Part shown: in pieces, positions 49,298 through 59,011 of the stretch
Position numbering within the stretch: position 1 is the first letter of the stretch
Layout of the letters: every line of letters starts with the position of its first letter
DNA from: Acidobacteriota bacterium
GTDB taxonomy: Bacteria > Acidobacteriota > Aminicenantia > UBA2199
Assembly (NCBI GenBank): GCA_018897435.1
Contig: JAHIKI010000047.1
Location: 1-59,659 of the forward strand
DNA: 59,659 nt
Direction of reading: 5' to 3'
The notes under the pieces: generated by a model
Seen by the model: only the letters and a program-made list of their open reading frames with translations
What the model was told of the DNA's origin: nothing
The model's database searches: none
Translations under genes and position numbers: made by a program

Positions 49298-49852
49298 ATG
49301 AAGGACATCAATTTATTGCTTGAAAAATTCAAGATGATCACCGCTGACGGCCATTCGGATACGACTTTCAAATCGGTCATCTACGATATCGCCAAGTTTT
49401 ATTGTGATAATTTCGATCTGGAAGTCGACGAAGTGGCCATATTGCTCACCGACAAGGACAACATGGTGCTGTCTTTCGCCTACCCCGAGCACCTGGTCAA
49501 CGCCGGCATGATCCCGATCTCCTCCCCCGACGCCTTCGCGGCCCGGGTCTACAAGCTGAACCGTGGGCTGATCGAGAACAATTTCCACCAGATGAAGCAC
49601 CTGCATCTTTTTGAATTCATCAAGGGGCCCGGCGCCAAGGACCGCAAAATATGGAAGATGATGAGCACGGTCTTGCGCGGCGATGACTTGAATTTCGGCA
49701 TCATTGAACTTTCCCGCAAAGGGTCGACAATGGACGAAGCGGGAGAGGATTTCAGCCCGGAAAACCTGGAATTTTTTGAAAACACCATCGTTGAGATCAC
49801 TCCTTATTTGCGCAAGGTCCTGCCGGTCGATTTCAGGGGAAAACTCGTTTGA
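49298..49852 (+). CDS. Hypothetical protein with a possible GAF-like fold
   Basis: ATG 49298 after GGGAG; EVAILL...LSFAYP...GIIELSRKG. Confidence 0.65.
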   Translation: MKDINLLLEKFKMITADGHSDTTFKSVIYDIAKFYCDNFDLEVDEVAILLTDKDNMVLSFAYPEHLVNAGMIPISSPDAFAARVYKLNRGLIENNFHQMKHLHLFEFIKGPGAKDRKIWKMMSTVLRGDDLNFGIIELSRKGSTMDEAGEDFSPENLEFFENTIVEITPYLRKVLPVDFRGKLV

Positions 49853-50382
49853 AAGACCGCCTGCGCGCGATCCTGCTGGAAAAATCGGTGGTCAAGGGCA
49901 GGGAATTCAAATTGGCCTCGGGCAAGACCAGCGATTTTTATGTCGATGCCCGGGTGACCACCCTGGACGCCGAAGGGGCCGCCCTGTGCGGCCGGATCTT
50001 TTTGGACATGCTGTCCGCTTTTAAAGTGGACGCGGTAGGCGGCTATTCGATCGGCGCTGATCCCATCGTTGCGGCCATCGCCGTCACCAGTTATCTCGAT
50101 AAAAAGCCGCTGCCGGCCTTCATCATCCGCAAGGAAGAGAAAAGTCACGGCACGCGCAAGATGATCGAGGGCAATTTCCGTTCCGGCATGCGCGTGGCCC
50201 TGTTCGACGACGTGATCACCTCGGGCGGCTCGATCATCAAGGGCGCCAGGCAGGTCGAGTCCGAAGGCGGCCAGGTTGAGGTGATCATGGCCGTGCTCGA
50301 CCGCCAGGAAGGCGGCCGCGAAGCGATCGAATCCCATGGCTACCGCTTCTTGTCCATTTTTACAAAAAAAGATTTGCTGTAA
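49849..50382 (+). CDS. pyrE: Orotate phosphoribosyltransferase
   Basis: FKLASGKTSDFYVD; IRKEEKSHG; PRPP loop FDDVITSGGS. Confidence 0.95.
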   Translation: MKDRLRAILLEKSVVKGREFKLASGKTSDFYVDARVTTLDAEGAALCGRIFLDMLSAFKVDAVGGYSIGADPIVAAIAVTSYLDKKPLPAFIIRKEEKSHGTRKMIEGNFRSGMRVALFDDVITSGGSIIKGARQVESEGGQVEVIMAVLDRQEGGREAIESHGYRFLSIFTKKDLL

Positions 50383-50405
50383 ATTCCTGCTCCAGGAAGA
50401 AAAAC

Positions 50406-51002
50406 ATGATGGTTGATGTATTGGTTATTTTAAAGAATATATTGGAATTCATCGATTTTAATAATAAGACTGTAATAGCCGTTGGCGCCGGCGGCGGACA
50501 ATTTGCCGAATATGGCAAAAAAGCGCGCCGGATTATTGCAGTGGATTCCAATCCGCAAGCATTGGCGGCCCTGCAAGAAAAAGTGGCTGTCATAGGGTTG
50601 ACCGATCGCTTTAAATATCATGCCGGGGATTTTGATACTTTTGCCTCGGCTGCGGACATGGTTTTTTTTGAATTTTGCCTGCACGAAATGGCCGACCCGC
50701 TTCAAGCGCTGGCCAAGGCGAAAAGCATGGCACCGCAGGTGGTGATCTTCGATCATTCCCCGGATTCACCCTGGGCTTACATTACAGCAGAAGAAATAAA
50801 GGTGAAAAATGCCTGGCAAGCCATCCAGACCCAAAAACCGAGTCGCGTGCAGCACTTCCAAAGCCTACAAAGCTTTGCCACATTTGCCGAGCTTGAAGCC
50901 AAGGTCATCCCCCAGGGCGAAGTGAGTTTGCAACGAATTGGGAAATACCGTGGGCAACAAAACTTTACTATTCCCATGTCTTACGGCCTGGCTTTGCTGT
51001 AA
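50406..51002 (+). CDS. Class I SAM-dependent methyltransferase
   Basis: VIAVGAGGG motif I; IAVD; GDF; CLHEMADP..AL. Confidence 0.8.
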   Translation: MMVDVLVILKNILEFIDFNNKTVIAVGAGGGQFAEYGKKARRIIAVDSNPQALAALQEKVAVIGLTDRFKYHAGDFDTFASAADMVFFEFCLHEMADPLQALAKAKSMAPQVVIFDHSPDSPWAYITAEEIKVKNAWQAIQTQKPSRVQHFQSLQSFATFAELEAKVIPQGEVSLQRIGKYRGQQNFTIPMSYGLALL

Positions 51003-51034
51003 ATATTGAAAAAACCACTACTGAATGCGGAATG

Positions 51035-51063
51035 TTGACATTGCAAATAATGATCCTTAAAAT
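51035..51063 (+). promoter_or_regulatory. sigma70 promoter of the exported-protein cluster (copy 2 of the dispersed repeat)
   Basis: TTGACA(51035-40)-17 bp-TAAAAT(51058-63). Confidence 0.7.
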
Positions 51064-51081
51064 GCAGGTGTGGAGTTACCA

Positions 51082-51690
51082 GTGCATCAACGAATTTATT
51101 TCATTCTGCTGATCTTGCTCGCCGTCCTGAGCGCAGCGGCCACGACTCCGGTCACTATCCCTGATGACCGCGGCTTCGATCCAACCGGTATCTGGTATGG
51201 CCAGCACGGGCCCCTTGCGCTGATGCGCGCCGGCGATACGCTGTCTTTCTCCTACTCGGCGGTGTTTGGCGCGACCGCGCACATCTGCGATGGCATCGGT
51301 GTCGCCGGCTTCGTCGGCAACGGGAAATGGGAGTACGTCGACGAGCAGGGGACCGTCACTTTCACGACGAAGGACGGCAAGGTGACAATGCAGACCAGTG
51401 CCGGGATCGCCTCGTTCTGCGGCGCCAATTGGCCAGGTGACACCTTCACCAAGGACTCCTGGAAACCGGCTTTCCGCTGCCAGGTGACCGAGCCGAAAGC
51501 ACATTTCTTTGTCGTCGGTGCACTTCCGTCCGCGCAGCGCCAGGGCTTTGTCGTCAAAGGCGACTGGGTCGAGGCGGTCGGTCTGGTCAACGAGTCCTCG
51601 GCTGCCTGGCTGCTAACCCGCTTCGTGGGCAAGACCCGCACTACCGCCGGGCTGCTTGAGCGCGACGCGCTCGAGTGCCACGAGGAGTAG
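51082..51690 (+). CDS. Exported hypothetical protein
   Basis: GTG after GGAG; hydrophobic signal peptide; Cys pairs; possible SH3-like C-terminus. Confidence 0.7.
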   Translation: MHQRIYFILLILLAVLSAAATTPVTIPDDRGFDPTGIWYGQHGPLALMRAGDTLSFSYSAVFGATAHICDGIGVAGFVGNGKWEYVDEQGTVTFTTKDGKVTMQTSAGIASFCGANWPGDTFTKDSWKPAFRCQVTEPKAHFFVVGALPSAQRQGFVVKGDWVEAVGLVNESSAAWLLTRFVGKTRTTAGLLERDALECHEE

Positions 51691-51741
51691 CCCTCCGTGC
51701 CTCATTCTGTTAATTTATCCAAGAACTAAAGGAGACACACC

Positions 51742-52251
51742 ATGAAGATCGTAGCAATTTCCCTCGCTTTGATGCTTACCGCCGTGACCGGCTTCGCCGT
51801 TTCCGACCAGATAACCAAGATCCATGACCTTACCTTTGTTTCCACCCTTGAGCTCTCAGTGCCTGAGCCGGCCGGACTCGACGCTTTGCTCATTGTCCAC
51901 CCCAAAGACGCCAAATCCGGAGTTGAGAAGATGAGCATCACGGCGGTTCGCTTCCCCGCGGACGCAGTCGGTGCCGGCGGCATGTCGGATGCAGAGTTGC
52001 TTGAGTATGTCAAGACCGTTTTTCTGGCGACGTCAAGGCCGGGCACACCGGTAGAACGGACTTTCCTCGCCCGCAAGGTACTGGGTGAGGCTTTAGAAAA
52101 GTCGATTCCAACCCCAGCGCGGGCTGAGGTATACGTCGTTTCGCTCAAGACAGGGGCCAAAGTCGTTCTCGGCTTCGTCTTTGCGCCGGATTTCGCGGCG
52201 CAGGCCGGGCAGGTAATCGCCGAAGTGGCGGCCTCACTCAGGGAAGATTGA
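51742..52251 (+). CDS. Exported hypothetical protein
   Basis: SD AAGGAG; signal peptide MKIVAISLALMLTAVTGFA. Confidence 0.75.
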   Translation: MKIVAISLALMLTAVTGFAVSDQITKIHDLTFVSTLELSVPEPAGLDALLIVHPKDAKSGVEKMSITAVRFPADAVGAGGMSDAELLEYVKTVFLATSRPGTPVERTFLARKVLGEALEKSIPTPARAEVYVVSLKTGAKVVLGFVFAPDFAAQAGQVIAEVAASLRED

Positions 52252-52304
52252 TTTTGTTTTAAGTAGGCGAGGGGAAAATAGGATCGCTCAAGGAGGTATT
52301 GGTT

Positions 52305-52811
52305 ATGAATAAAAAAGCATTTTCAATTCTTTTTCTGCTCGGTTTGTCATTGATATTAACTGCCTGCGGCGGAAAACCCGGTGAAGCGGGCAATTCACAA
52401 AACCAGGCTGCTCCCGCCGTCTCGACCGCCGCGGCTCAATTCACAGGCACGTCCTTGGCCAAAGACATTCTCTCCTGCTTCGACCAATGTGTGGCTGAAG
52501 CGGCCGGGCTTTCCTTCGGCAAGCCGGAAGCGGCTGAGCTGACACCCAAACTGCAAGCCTTGTACAAAAGATACGAAGAGAAAATGATTGAACTGAACAG
52601 AAAATACCTGGCCCTCAAAGCGGAAAATATCAGTGAATTCGGAGCAGCCAACATTTACCTGGGAGAAAACCGGGGCAAGCATGTTTTTAACAAGGACAAC
52701 ACCTTGAGCGCAGCCGTGGCCTTTTACAATTTCCAGAAAGGCGACCAGGCCATGGTCAACCTGCTTTCCAATGAGATCGTGAAACTACTTGATGTCGCAG
52801 TGAAAATGTAA
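52305..52811 (+). CDS. Hypothetical lipoprotein
   Basis: SD AAGGAGG; lipobox LTAC. Confidence 0.78.
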   Translation: MNKKAFSILFLLGLSLILTACGGKPGEAGNSQNQAAPAVSTAAAQFTGTSLAKDILSCFDQCVAEAAGLSFGKPEAAELTPKLQALYKRYEEKMIELNRKYLALKAENISEFGAANIYLGENRGKHVFNKDNTLSAAVAFYNFQKGDQAMVNLLSNEIVKLLDVAVKM

Positions 52812-52900
52812 GGGGTCTTTCATAGGTCCATGGGGAAAAATCTTGCTCGGAGCTTTACTTCCTATTATGCTGTAAGTCACGTTAGCCAAGGGAGGTTATC

Positions 52901-53863
52901 ATGAAAAGAATACTTATGCTTGCCTCGTTTTTCCTAATTGTTTGCATTCTCTCAATGAACATCTTCGCCCAAAAGCCCGGTGAAATTGTCTTCTCCAAAA
53001 CGCTTATCGATCCTCAGAACCCGGCAGCGCTTACCACCCAGTTTAAATCCGCTGACAATATTTACGCGCTTGCTTTCCTTGAGAAGTCTGTTTTGGGTAT
53101 TCTCGGTTCCGAGGCGAAGAAGGTCGACGTGGAAGTGTTTCTGTACGAATTGAAACCGCCCCTCTATTCATATCAACAGCCGAGCGAAATGCAATTGGAA
53201 TCAAACACACTGAAATTAGCGGGCGATGCTCTGCAGAAGACATTTCTGCCCCTTGACATTGTGCCGGGGACAAATGCCATGACAGCCTATGGCAGTCAGG
53301 ATCTGGTGTATCAGAAATTTGGCAGCGAGTTTTACGGCCCCGTGGCATATGCCGCAGCCTTGAGCGGGCTCGAGCCCGGCGAACACACCATCATAGTCAA
53401 GTTGAGCTGTAACTACCAATTTGTAGCAGAAGGAAAATTCGTTATCCAGGGCAACGATTACGCGGTATACAATAAGATGTCCAAGGATTTGAACGAATCC
53501 GCCTCCGGCGCAAGTACGAAAAAGGCAGTGATGCCGAAAGCAGTACTTTCTGACAAGGGGCTTGAAACGGAAATGATCAACGCCTTCAAGAATTCTCAAA
53601 CCTACAAGGACAGGATCAAGGGTGAGGTTTTGCGCGTGGTGATCATCGATCCCGACTGGATGATAAGGAGGAATGGGCTCACGGGGATCATTCTGCACCG
53701 CTACATCAGGGCGGCGATTGCGGTAAAAAACAGTGACGGCACGTGCACGGTGTGGCCGCTGGTAACATTTCAGCAGGACTATGTAGGTGACAAGTTCCAG
53801 AAAACAAGATTCGACGGAGTTGGCGATCCATACAAAATTCCCTGTGAGCATTTCGGGAAATAG
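52901..53863 (+). CDS. Exported hypothetical protein
   Basis: SD GGAGG; signal peptide ending IFA-Q; 320-aa ORF. Confidence 0.78.
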   Translation: MKRILMLASFFLIVCILSMNIFAQKPGEIVFSKTLIDPQNPAALTTQFKSADNIYALAFLEKSVLGILGSEAKKVDVEVFLYELKPPLYSYQQPSEMQLESNTLKLAGDALQKTFLPLDIVPGTNAMTAYGSQDLVYQKFGSEFYGPVAYAAALSGLEPGEHTIIVKLSCNYQFVAEGKFVIQGNDYAVYNKMSKDLNESASGASTKKAVMPKAVLSDKGLETEMINAFKNSQTYKDRIKGEVLRVVIIDPDWMIRRNGLTGIILHRYIRAAIAVKNSDGTCTVWPLVTFQQDYVGDKFQKTRFDGVGDPYKIPCEHFGK

Positions 53864-53911
53864 AGAGAAATTTTAAAACGCGGACTAGTTTTCGCTAAAA
53901 ATTTTTCATTG

Positions 53912-53976
53912 AGTGATTTTTCCTAAAAAAATCACTGCCAGTTACCATTGACAATTTTTCCCTATTTTGCCACAAT
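53912..53976 (+). promoter_or_regulatory. Inverted repeat plus sigma70-like promoter upstream of the R-M gene
   Basis: AGTGATTTTT-5 nt-AAAAATCACT (53912-36); TTGACA(53948-53)-17 bp-CACAAT(53971-76) with TG extension. Confidence 0.5.
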
Positions 53977-54099
53977 CCATGGGGATGCCAGACGAAAAAG
54001 AGAGGTGGGGATTTCCTGTAGCAGAAAGGAAAATGAATAAGCCATTGGTGGGAGTTTGTCCGGAATAATTGAGTAAACATTGGACAGGGAGCAGAATAG

Positions 54100-57000
54100 A
54101 TGCCGATCGATGAATATCTGAAACAGGTTAAGCAGCGGTATGCTGCTGGCATTTCCACCGAGCACAGTTACCGGGCCGATCTGCAGAATCTGATACTTTT
54201 GATGGTCAAAGGGATTCAAGTGACCAACGAACCGAAAAGACAAAAGTGCGGAGCCCCGGATTACATTATCCAAAAAAAACAGGTGCCGCTGGGCTATATC
54301 GAGGCTAAGGATATCGGCGTCGATCTAAATAAAACGGAAACGTCCGAACAGATCAAACGTTATTTGCAGAGTCTCGAAAATTTTATTTTGACCGATTACC
54401 TGGAATTCCGCTTTTACAAATACGGCCAGAAGGTGCATGAAATAAAGATCGCCTCTATTGAAAACGGTAAATTCTCAATTCACCCAGAATGTTTTGATTC
54501 TTTTTCCACACATATAAGGGACTTTTGCGACTTCAAAGGTCAGACCATTAAGTCGGCCGAAAAGCTGGCCAAAATGATGGCTCAGAAAGCAAGATTGATG
54601 GAGGAGGTTTTGTACAAGGCGGTGATGGAAGAGGATGAGAACAACTCTTTGAAAGATCAGTTGCAGGCGTTCCGGCGCATACTAATCCATGACCTTAAGG
54701 AAAAAACATTTGCCGATATTTACGCGCAGACCATCGCCTACGGGCTTTTTGCCGCCCGTCTTCATGATATCACTCTCGAAAATTTCTCCCGCCAGGAAGC
54801 CAGGGAACTTATCCCTAAATCGAATCCCTTTTTACGCAACCTTTTTGATTACGTTTCCGGTGCACAATTGGATGACCGTGTTGTCTGGATCGTCGACGAC
54901 CTGGCCGATATTTTCCGAGCCGCCGATTTGCAGGCGATCCTTTCCGATTTCGGCAAAACCAATGGGCCGGCCGACCCTTTCATTCATTTTTACGAAACTT
55001 TTCTTGCCGCCTACGACCCAAAGCTGCGCAAATCCAGGGGGGTCTATTACACGCCCGAGCCGGTGGTGAATTTTATTGTCCGTGCCGTGGACGATATTTT
55101 GCAAAACGAGTTCGGCCTTTCCTCCGGTCTTGCTGACACTAGTAAAATCAAAATAAAAACGACAGATGAAAATACCGGAAAGACAATTGAAAAAGAAATC
55201 CACAAAGTGCAAATACTCGATCCGGCCACCGGGACAGGAACATTTCTGGCCGAAGTGATCAGGCAAATCCATAAAAAATTCCAGGGGCAGGAAGGGGCCT
55301 GGTCCGACTATGTGGAAGAGCATCTCATCCCGCGGCTGAATGGCTTTGAGATCCTGATGGCCTCTTACACCATGTGCCACTTGAAACTTGAAATGCTGCT
55401 GCGCGAAACCGGCTACAAAGCAAAAGATGAAAGCAAGCAGCAACGATTTCGGGTCTTTTTGACCAACAGTTTGGAAGAAGCCCATCCCGATACCGGAACA
55501 CTATTTGCCAGTTGGCTTTCAAAAGAATCCACTGAAGCGAATTATGTAAAAAGAGACACACCGGTCATGGTGGTGATGGGCAATCCGCCATACAGTGGTG
55601 AAAGCGCCAACAAGGGCGAATGGATAATGGAACTTATGGAAGATTATAAAAAAGAACCTGGAGGAAAAGAGAAATTAAAAGAGCAAAATTCAAAGTTCAT
55701 AAATGACGATTATGTTAAATTCTTACGTTACGGTCAGCATTTTATTGAAAAGAATGGTAGTGGAGTGTTAGCCTTTATTAACCCACACGGATTTTTGGAT
55801 AATCCAACATTTCGAGGTATGCGTTGGAACTTGCTCAAAACTTACGATAAAATCTATACCATAGATTTGCACGGAAACGCAAAGAAAAAAGAAACGGCTC
55901 CAGATGGGTCGTCTGATGTTAATGTTTTTGACATCGAACAAGGTGTTTCAATTAATTTATTTATTAAAACAGGAAAGAAAAAACCAAATGAATTAGGACA
56001 GATTTTTCATTATGATTTGTTTGGGAAAAGGGAATTGAAATACGGTTTTCTACTTGAGAATTCAGTCAAATCAATAGAATTCAACAATTTCATGCCTTTT
56101 AAAAATAATTTTCTTTTCAAAAAAATTGACGATACATTACTTAATGAATATAACAAATACTTAAATCCAGTTGATCTATTTCAAATTAATGTAATGGGGT
56201 TTCAAACTCATAGAGATAACTTTTCAATTGATTTCGAGATGACTGAAATTAGAAAAAGAGCAAACGATTTAAGAAATCAAGACATAACTAATGAAGAACT
56301 TTATAATAAATACTCAATAAGCGATAATAGAGATTGGAAACTTTCAAAAGCAAGAGCAGAAATTCAATCTGATAAAAATTGGGACAATAAAATAATTCAT
56401 TGTGGTTATAGACCTTTTGATAATAGACCTTGTTATTTTAGTTATGTTATGATGGACTACCCACGAAAAGAGTTAATCCAAAATGTTTTAGACAAAGAGA
56501 ATTTAATTCTTGGAATAGGAAGACAGGGTATGGCTGTTGGTGATATTGAATGGTGTCTTACCACAATATCAAAATATCCTGTTGATGCAAATATGTTTAG
56601 AAGAGGTGGCGTCAATCTTTTCCCCCTCTATCTCTACCCCGAAACAAACGGGCAACAAAATATCGAACAAACAATCGTAAGAACATCCAATTTAAACTCC
56701 GAAATTGTCCAAAAAATTGCGGAGAACTTAGGCTTAAACTTTACCAATGAGAAAGAAACCACCGAAGGCTCTTTTGCACCAATAGACATTTTAGATTACA
56801 TCTATGCTGCATTGCATAGTCCAACGTATCGCAAGAAATACAAAGAATTTTTAAAGACAGATTTCCCTCGCGTGCCTTACCCTGAAAATGCTGACACTTT
56901 TTGGAAGCTGGTCAAACTGGGTGGTGAAATTAGACAGATCCATCTGTTGGAAAGCCCTGCGGTGAACAAACTGATCACTACTTATCCTGTAAACGGGAAT

Positions 57001-57249
57001 AACAAAGTTGCAAAAATAATGTTTGAATCTGGCAAAGTTTGGATAAACGATTCCCAATACTTTGACAAGGTTCCTCAGATTGCCTGGGAATTCTATATCG
57101 GCGGCTATCAGCCCTCACAAAAATGGCTCAAAGACCGGAAAAGCAGGGAATTAAATTTTGAGGATATACTCCATTATCAAAAAATCATAGTTGCCTTGAC
57201 CGAGACAGATCGGATTATGAAAGAAATCGATAAGGTGGTGGAGTTTTGA
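54100..57249 (+). CDS. Type IIG / Type ISP-like fused restriction-modification enzyme (nuclease + N6-adenine methyltransferase + target recognition region)
   Basis: GAPDY...GYIEAK (PD-(D/E)xK); GVYYTP; ILDPATGTGTF (motif I); GNPPY (motif IV); YRPFD; DFPRVP; IGGYQ..KWLKDRK. Confidence 0.92.
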   Translation: MPIDEYLKQVKQRYAAGISTEHSYRADLQNLILLMVKGIQVTNEPKRQKCGAPDYIIQKKQVPLGYIEAKDIGVDLNKTETSEQIKRYLQSLENFILTDYLEFRFYKYGQKVHEIKIASIENGKFSIHPECFDSFSTHIRDFCDFKGQTIKSAEKLAKMMAQKARLMEEVLYKAVMEEDENNSLKDQLQAFRRILIHDLKEKTFADIYAQTIAYGLFAARLHDITLENFSRQEARELIPKSNPFLRNLFDYVSGAQLDDRVVWIVDDLADIFRAADLQAILSDFGKTNGPADPFIHFYETFLAAYDPKLRKSRGVYYTPEPVVNFIVRAVDDILQNEFGLSSGLADTSKIKIKTTDENTGKTIEKEIHKVQILDPATGTGTFLAEVIRQIHKKFQGQEGAWSDYVEEHLIPRLNGFEILMASYTMCHLKLEMLLRETGYKAKDESKQQRFRVFLTNSLEEAHPDTGTLFASWLSKESTEANYVKRDTPVMVVMGNPPYSGESANKGEWIMELMEDYKKEPGGKEKLKEQNSKFINDDYVKFLRYGQHFIEKNGSGVLAFINPHGFLDNPTFRGMRWNLLKTYDKIYTIDLHGNAKKKETAPDGSSDVNVFDIEQGVSINLFIKTGKKKPNELGQIFHYDLFGKRELKYGFLLENSVKSIEFNNFMPFKNNFLFKKIDDTLLNEYNKYLNPVDLFQINVMGFQTHRDNFSIDFEMTEIRKRANDLRNQDITNEELYNKYSISDNRDWKLSKARAEIQSDKNWDNKIIHCGYRPFDNRPCYFSYVMMDYPRKELIQNVLDKENLILGIGRQGMAVGDIEWCLTTISKYPVDANMFRRGGVNLFPLYLYPETNGQQNIEQTIVRTSNLNSEIVQKIAENLGLNFTNEKETTEGSFAPIDILDYIYAALHSPTYRKKYKEFLKTDFPRVPYPENADTFWKLVKLGGEIRQIHLLESPAVNKLITTYPVNGNNKVAKIMFESGKVWINDSQYFDKVPQIAWEFYIGGYQPSQKWLKDRKSRELNFEDILHYQKIIVALTETDRIMKEIDKVVEF

Positions 57250-57297
57250 AAGAGGTTTGCGCTTTTTTCCGCCAGGGGACCCCCCCCTTAAACATAT

Positions 57298-57816
57298 ATG
57301 AGATTCAACCCTGAGATACATCACCGCAAGTCCATCCGTTTGAAAGGATATGACTATTCGCGGAACGGAGCCTATTTTGTGACAATATGCGCATGGAATC
57401 GCGAATGTATATTTGGGGAAATTATTGATGGAAAAATGAATTTAAGTAATATTGGTTTGATAATCAATGATATATGGCCTTGGCTAGGAGAACAATATCA
57501 CTTTTTACATTTACTGGACTATGTGATCATGCCGAATCATTTGCATGGATTGATTGTCCTTGACTATTGTAAGGGCGGTTCGCGAACCGCCCCTACAGAA
57601 AAATCGAAACCATTGGGTCGTTTGCTGGGCGCATTTAAAACCCGATCAACCAAATTTATTAATATGTCCCGCCAGACATCAGGCGCACCAGTATGGCAAC
57701 GAAATTATTACGAACGAATTGTCCGGAATGAAATCGAATTCAATCGCATTTTTGAATATATAATCAACAACCCTGCGAATTGGAACGATGATGAAAACAA
57801 TCCCATCAATGTTTGA
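57298..57816 (+). CDS. REP-associated tyrosine (HUH, Y1) transposase, RAYT copy 1
   Basis: HHRKSIRLKGYDYS..GAYFVTIC; MPNHLH (HUH); WQRNYYE; EYIINNP..W. Confidence 0.92.
   Translation: MRFNPEIHHRKSIRLKGYDYSRNGAYFVTICAWNRECIFGEIIDGKMNLSNIGLIINDIWPWLGEQYHFLHLLDYVIMPNHLHGLIVLDYCKGGSRTAPTEKSKPLGRLLGAFKTRSTKFINMSRQTSGAPVWQRNYYERIVRNEIEFNRIFEYIINNPANWNDDENNPINV
57568..57597. repeat. GTAG-type REP palindrome in frame within RAYT 1
   Basis: TGTAAGGGCGGTTCGCGAACCGCCCCTACA, near-perfect 30-bp palindrome. Confidence 0.85.
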
Positions 57817-57844
57817 ATCAGGAATTGAATATTCTGATTCTTAT

Positions 57845-57871
57845 TGTAGGGGCGGTTCGCGAACCGCCCTT
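57845..57871. repeat. GTAG-type REP downstream of RAYT 1
   Basis: TGTAGGGGCGGTTCGCGAACCGCCCTT is the exact reverse complement of 57571-57597. Confidence 0.85.
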
Positions 57872-57897
57872 TTGGTGAAACAATCCAAGGAGCATTT

Positions 57898-58347
57898 ATG
57901 AGCAGCCGGCAAGCGAAAGAATTATTAATTTATGAAAACGAGATGTTCAGTTTGGAGCAAAGCGCGGCGTGTCCAATACCCGGCTATCTGATATTGCGAC
58001 TGAAAGGGCCGGAGGCCAGCCTGGCCCAATTGTCAAAAAAAACCGCACAGCTTCTCGGCGTTATGCTGAAGCGAGTGACCAATGCCATCGAGCAGGCTGT
58101 CAAGCCCGAGCGGGTCTATGTCCTGTCCTTTTGCGAGATCGAACCGCGGCTGCATTTTCATCTTTTCCCGCGTACGGCCTGGCTGCTGAAGGAATACTTC
58201 AAGGCCAACGACTGCGCCAACGACCCAGTCAACGGCCCCATGCTGTTTGAATGGGCGCGCAGCGCTTTCGGCCCGGGCAGCCATGTACCCCAGGGAACCC
58301 CCGACATGGAAACCGCCTGTGGGATTATGCGCGACATCTTGAAATAA
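57898..58347 (+). CDS. HIT-family nucleotide hydrolase with a variant motif
   Basis: PIPGYLIL; PERVYVLSFCE..PRLHFHLFPR (RxHxH instead of HxHxH); SD AAGGAG. Confidence 0.8.
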   Translation: MSSRQAKELLIYENEMFSLEQSAACPIPGYLILRLKGPEASLAQLSKKTAQLLGVMLKRVTNAIEQAVKPERVYVLSFCEIEPRLHFHLFPRTAWLLKEYFKANDCANDPVNGPMLFEWARSAFGPGSHVPQGTPDMETACGIMRDILK

Positions 58348-58359
58348 TAGGGAATACCC

Positions 58360-58950
58360 TTGAAAAGAATATGCGTCTTCTGCGGTTCGAGCCCGGGTAC
58401 CAGGCCTGAATATGCCTGGGCGGCGCAACGGCTGGGTGTCCTTCTCGCCCAGAGAAAAATCGGCTTGGTGTTCGGCGGCGGCAAGGTCGGCTTGATGGGC
58501 CGGCTGGCCCGGGCCGCCCTGGAAAACGGCGGCGAAGTCATCGGCGTGATCCCCAGGGAGCTTCATGAAAAGAGGGTGGCATTCAGCGGACTCTCGGACC
58601 TGCGGGTTGTGGGGTCCATGCATGAGCGGAAAGCCTTGATGGCCGAACTGGCCGATGGCTTCATGGCTTTGCCGGGCGGCTTGGGCACCCTGGAAGAAAT
58701 ATTTGAAATATTGACCTGGGCGCAGCTGGGCATACACCACAAGCCCTGTGGCCTGCTCAATGTCGGCGACTTCTATACTCCATTGCTGGCTTTTCTGGAC
58801 CAGGTCGTGGAACAGGGATTTCTCGACACGGCCCATCGTTCCATGATATTGACCGCTGAAAATCCCGAGGAGTTGCTGCAACAATTTGAAACCTATCGGC
58901 CCTCGACCGCTGACAAGGCGGTATGGGCGCTGGAACAGGGACACGTTTGA
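58360..58950 (+). CDS. LOG (SLOG) family nucleotide phosphoribohydrolase
   Basis: ICVFCGSSPG; GGGKVGLMG; MHERK; PGGLGTLEE; KPCGLLN. Confidence 0.93.
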   Translation: MKRICVFCGSSPGTRPEYAWAAQRLGVLLAQRKIGLVFGGGKVGLMGRLARAALENGGEVIGVIPRELHEKRVAFSGLSDLRVVGSMHERKALMAELADGFMALPGGLGTLEEIFEILTWAQLGIHHKPCGLLNVGDFYTPLLAFLDQVVEQGFLDTAHRSMILTAENPEELLQQFETYRPSTADKAVWALEQGHV

Positions 58951-59011
58951 AAACGGGGGCGGTTCCCCCTGGCAGAGACAAGCGTGAACAACTCTTTTAA
59001 ATAATTGAAAA

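Noticed and set aside
51690-52900. Integron cassette array
   Set aside because: No RYYYAAC...GTTRRRY attC pairs between the genes and no integrase; only one isolated GTTAGCC.
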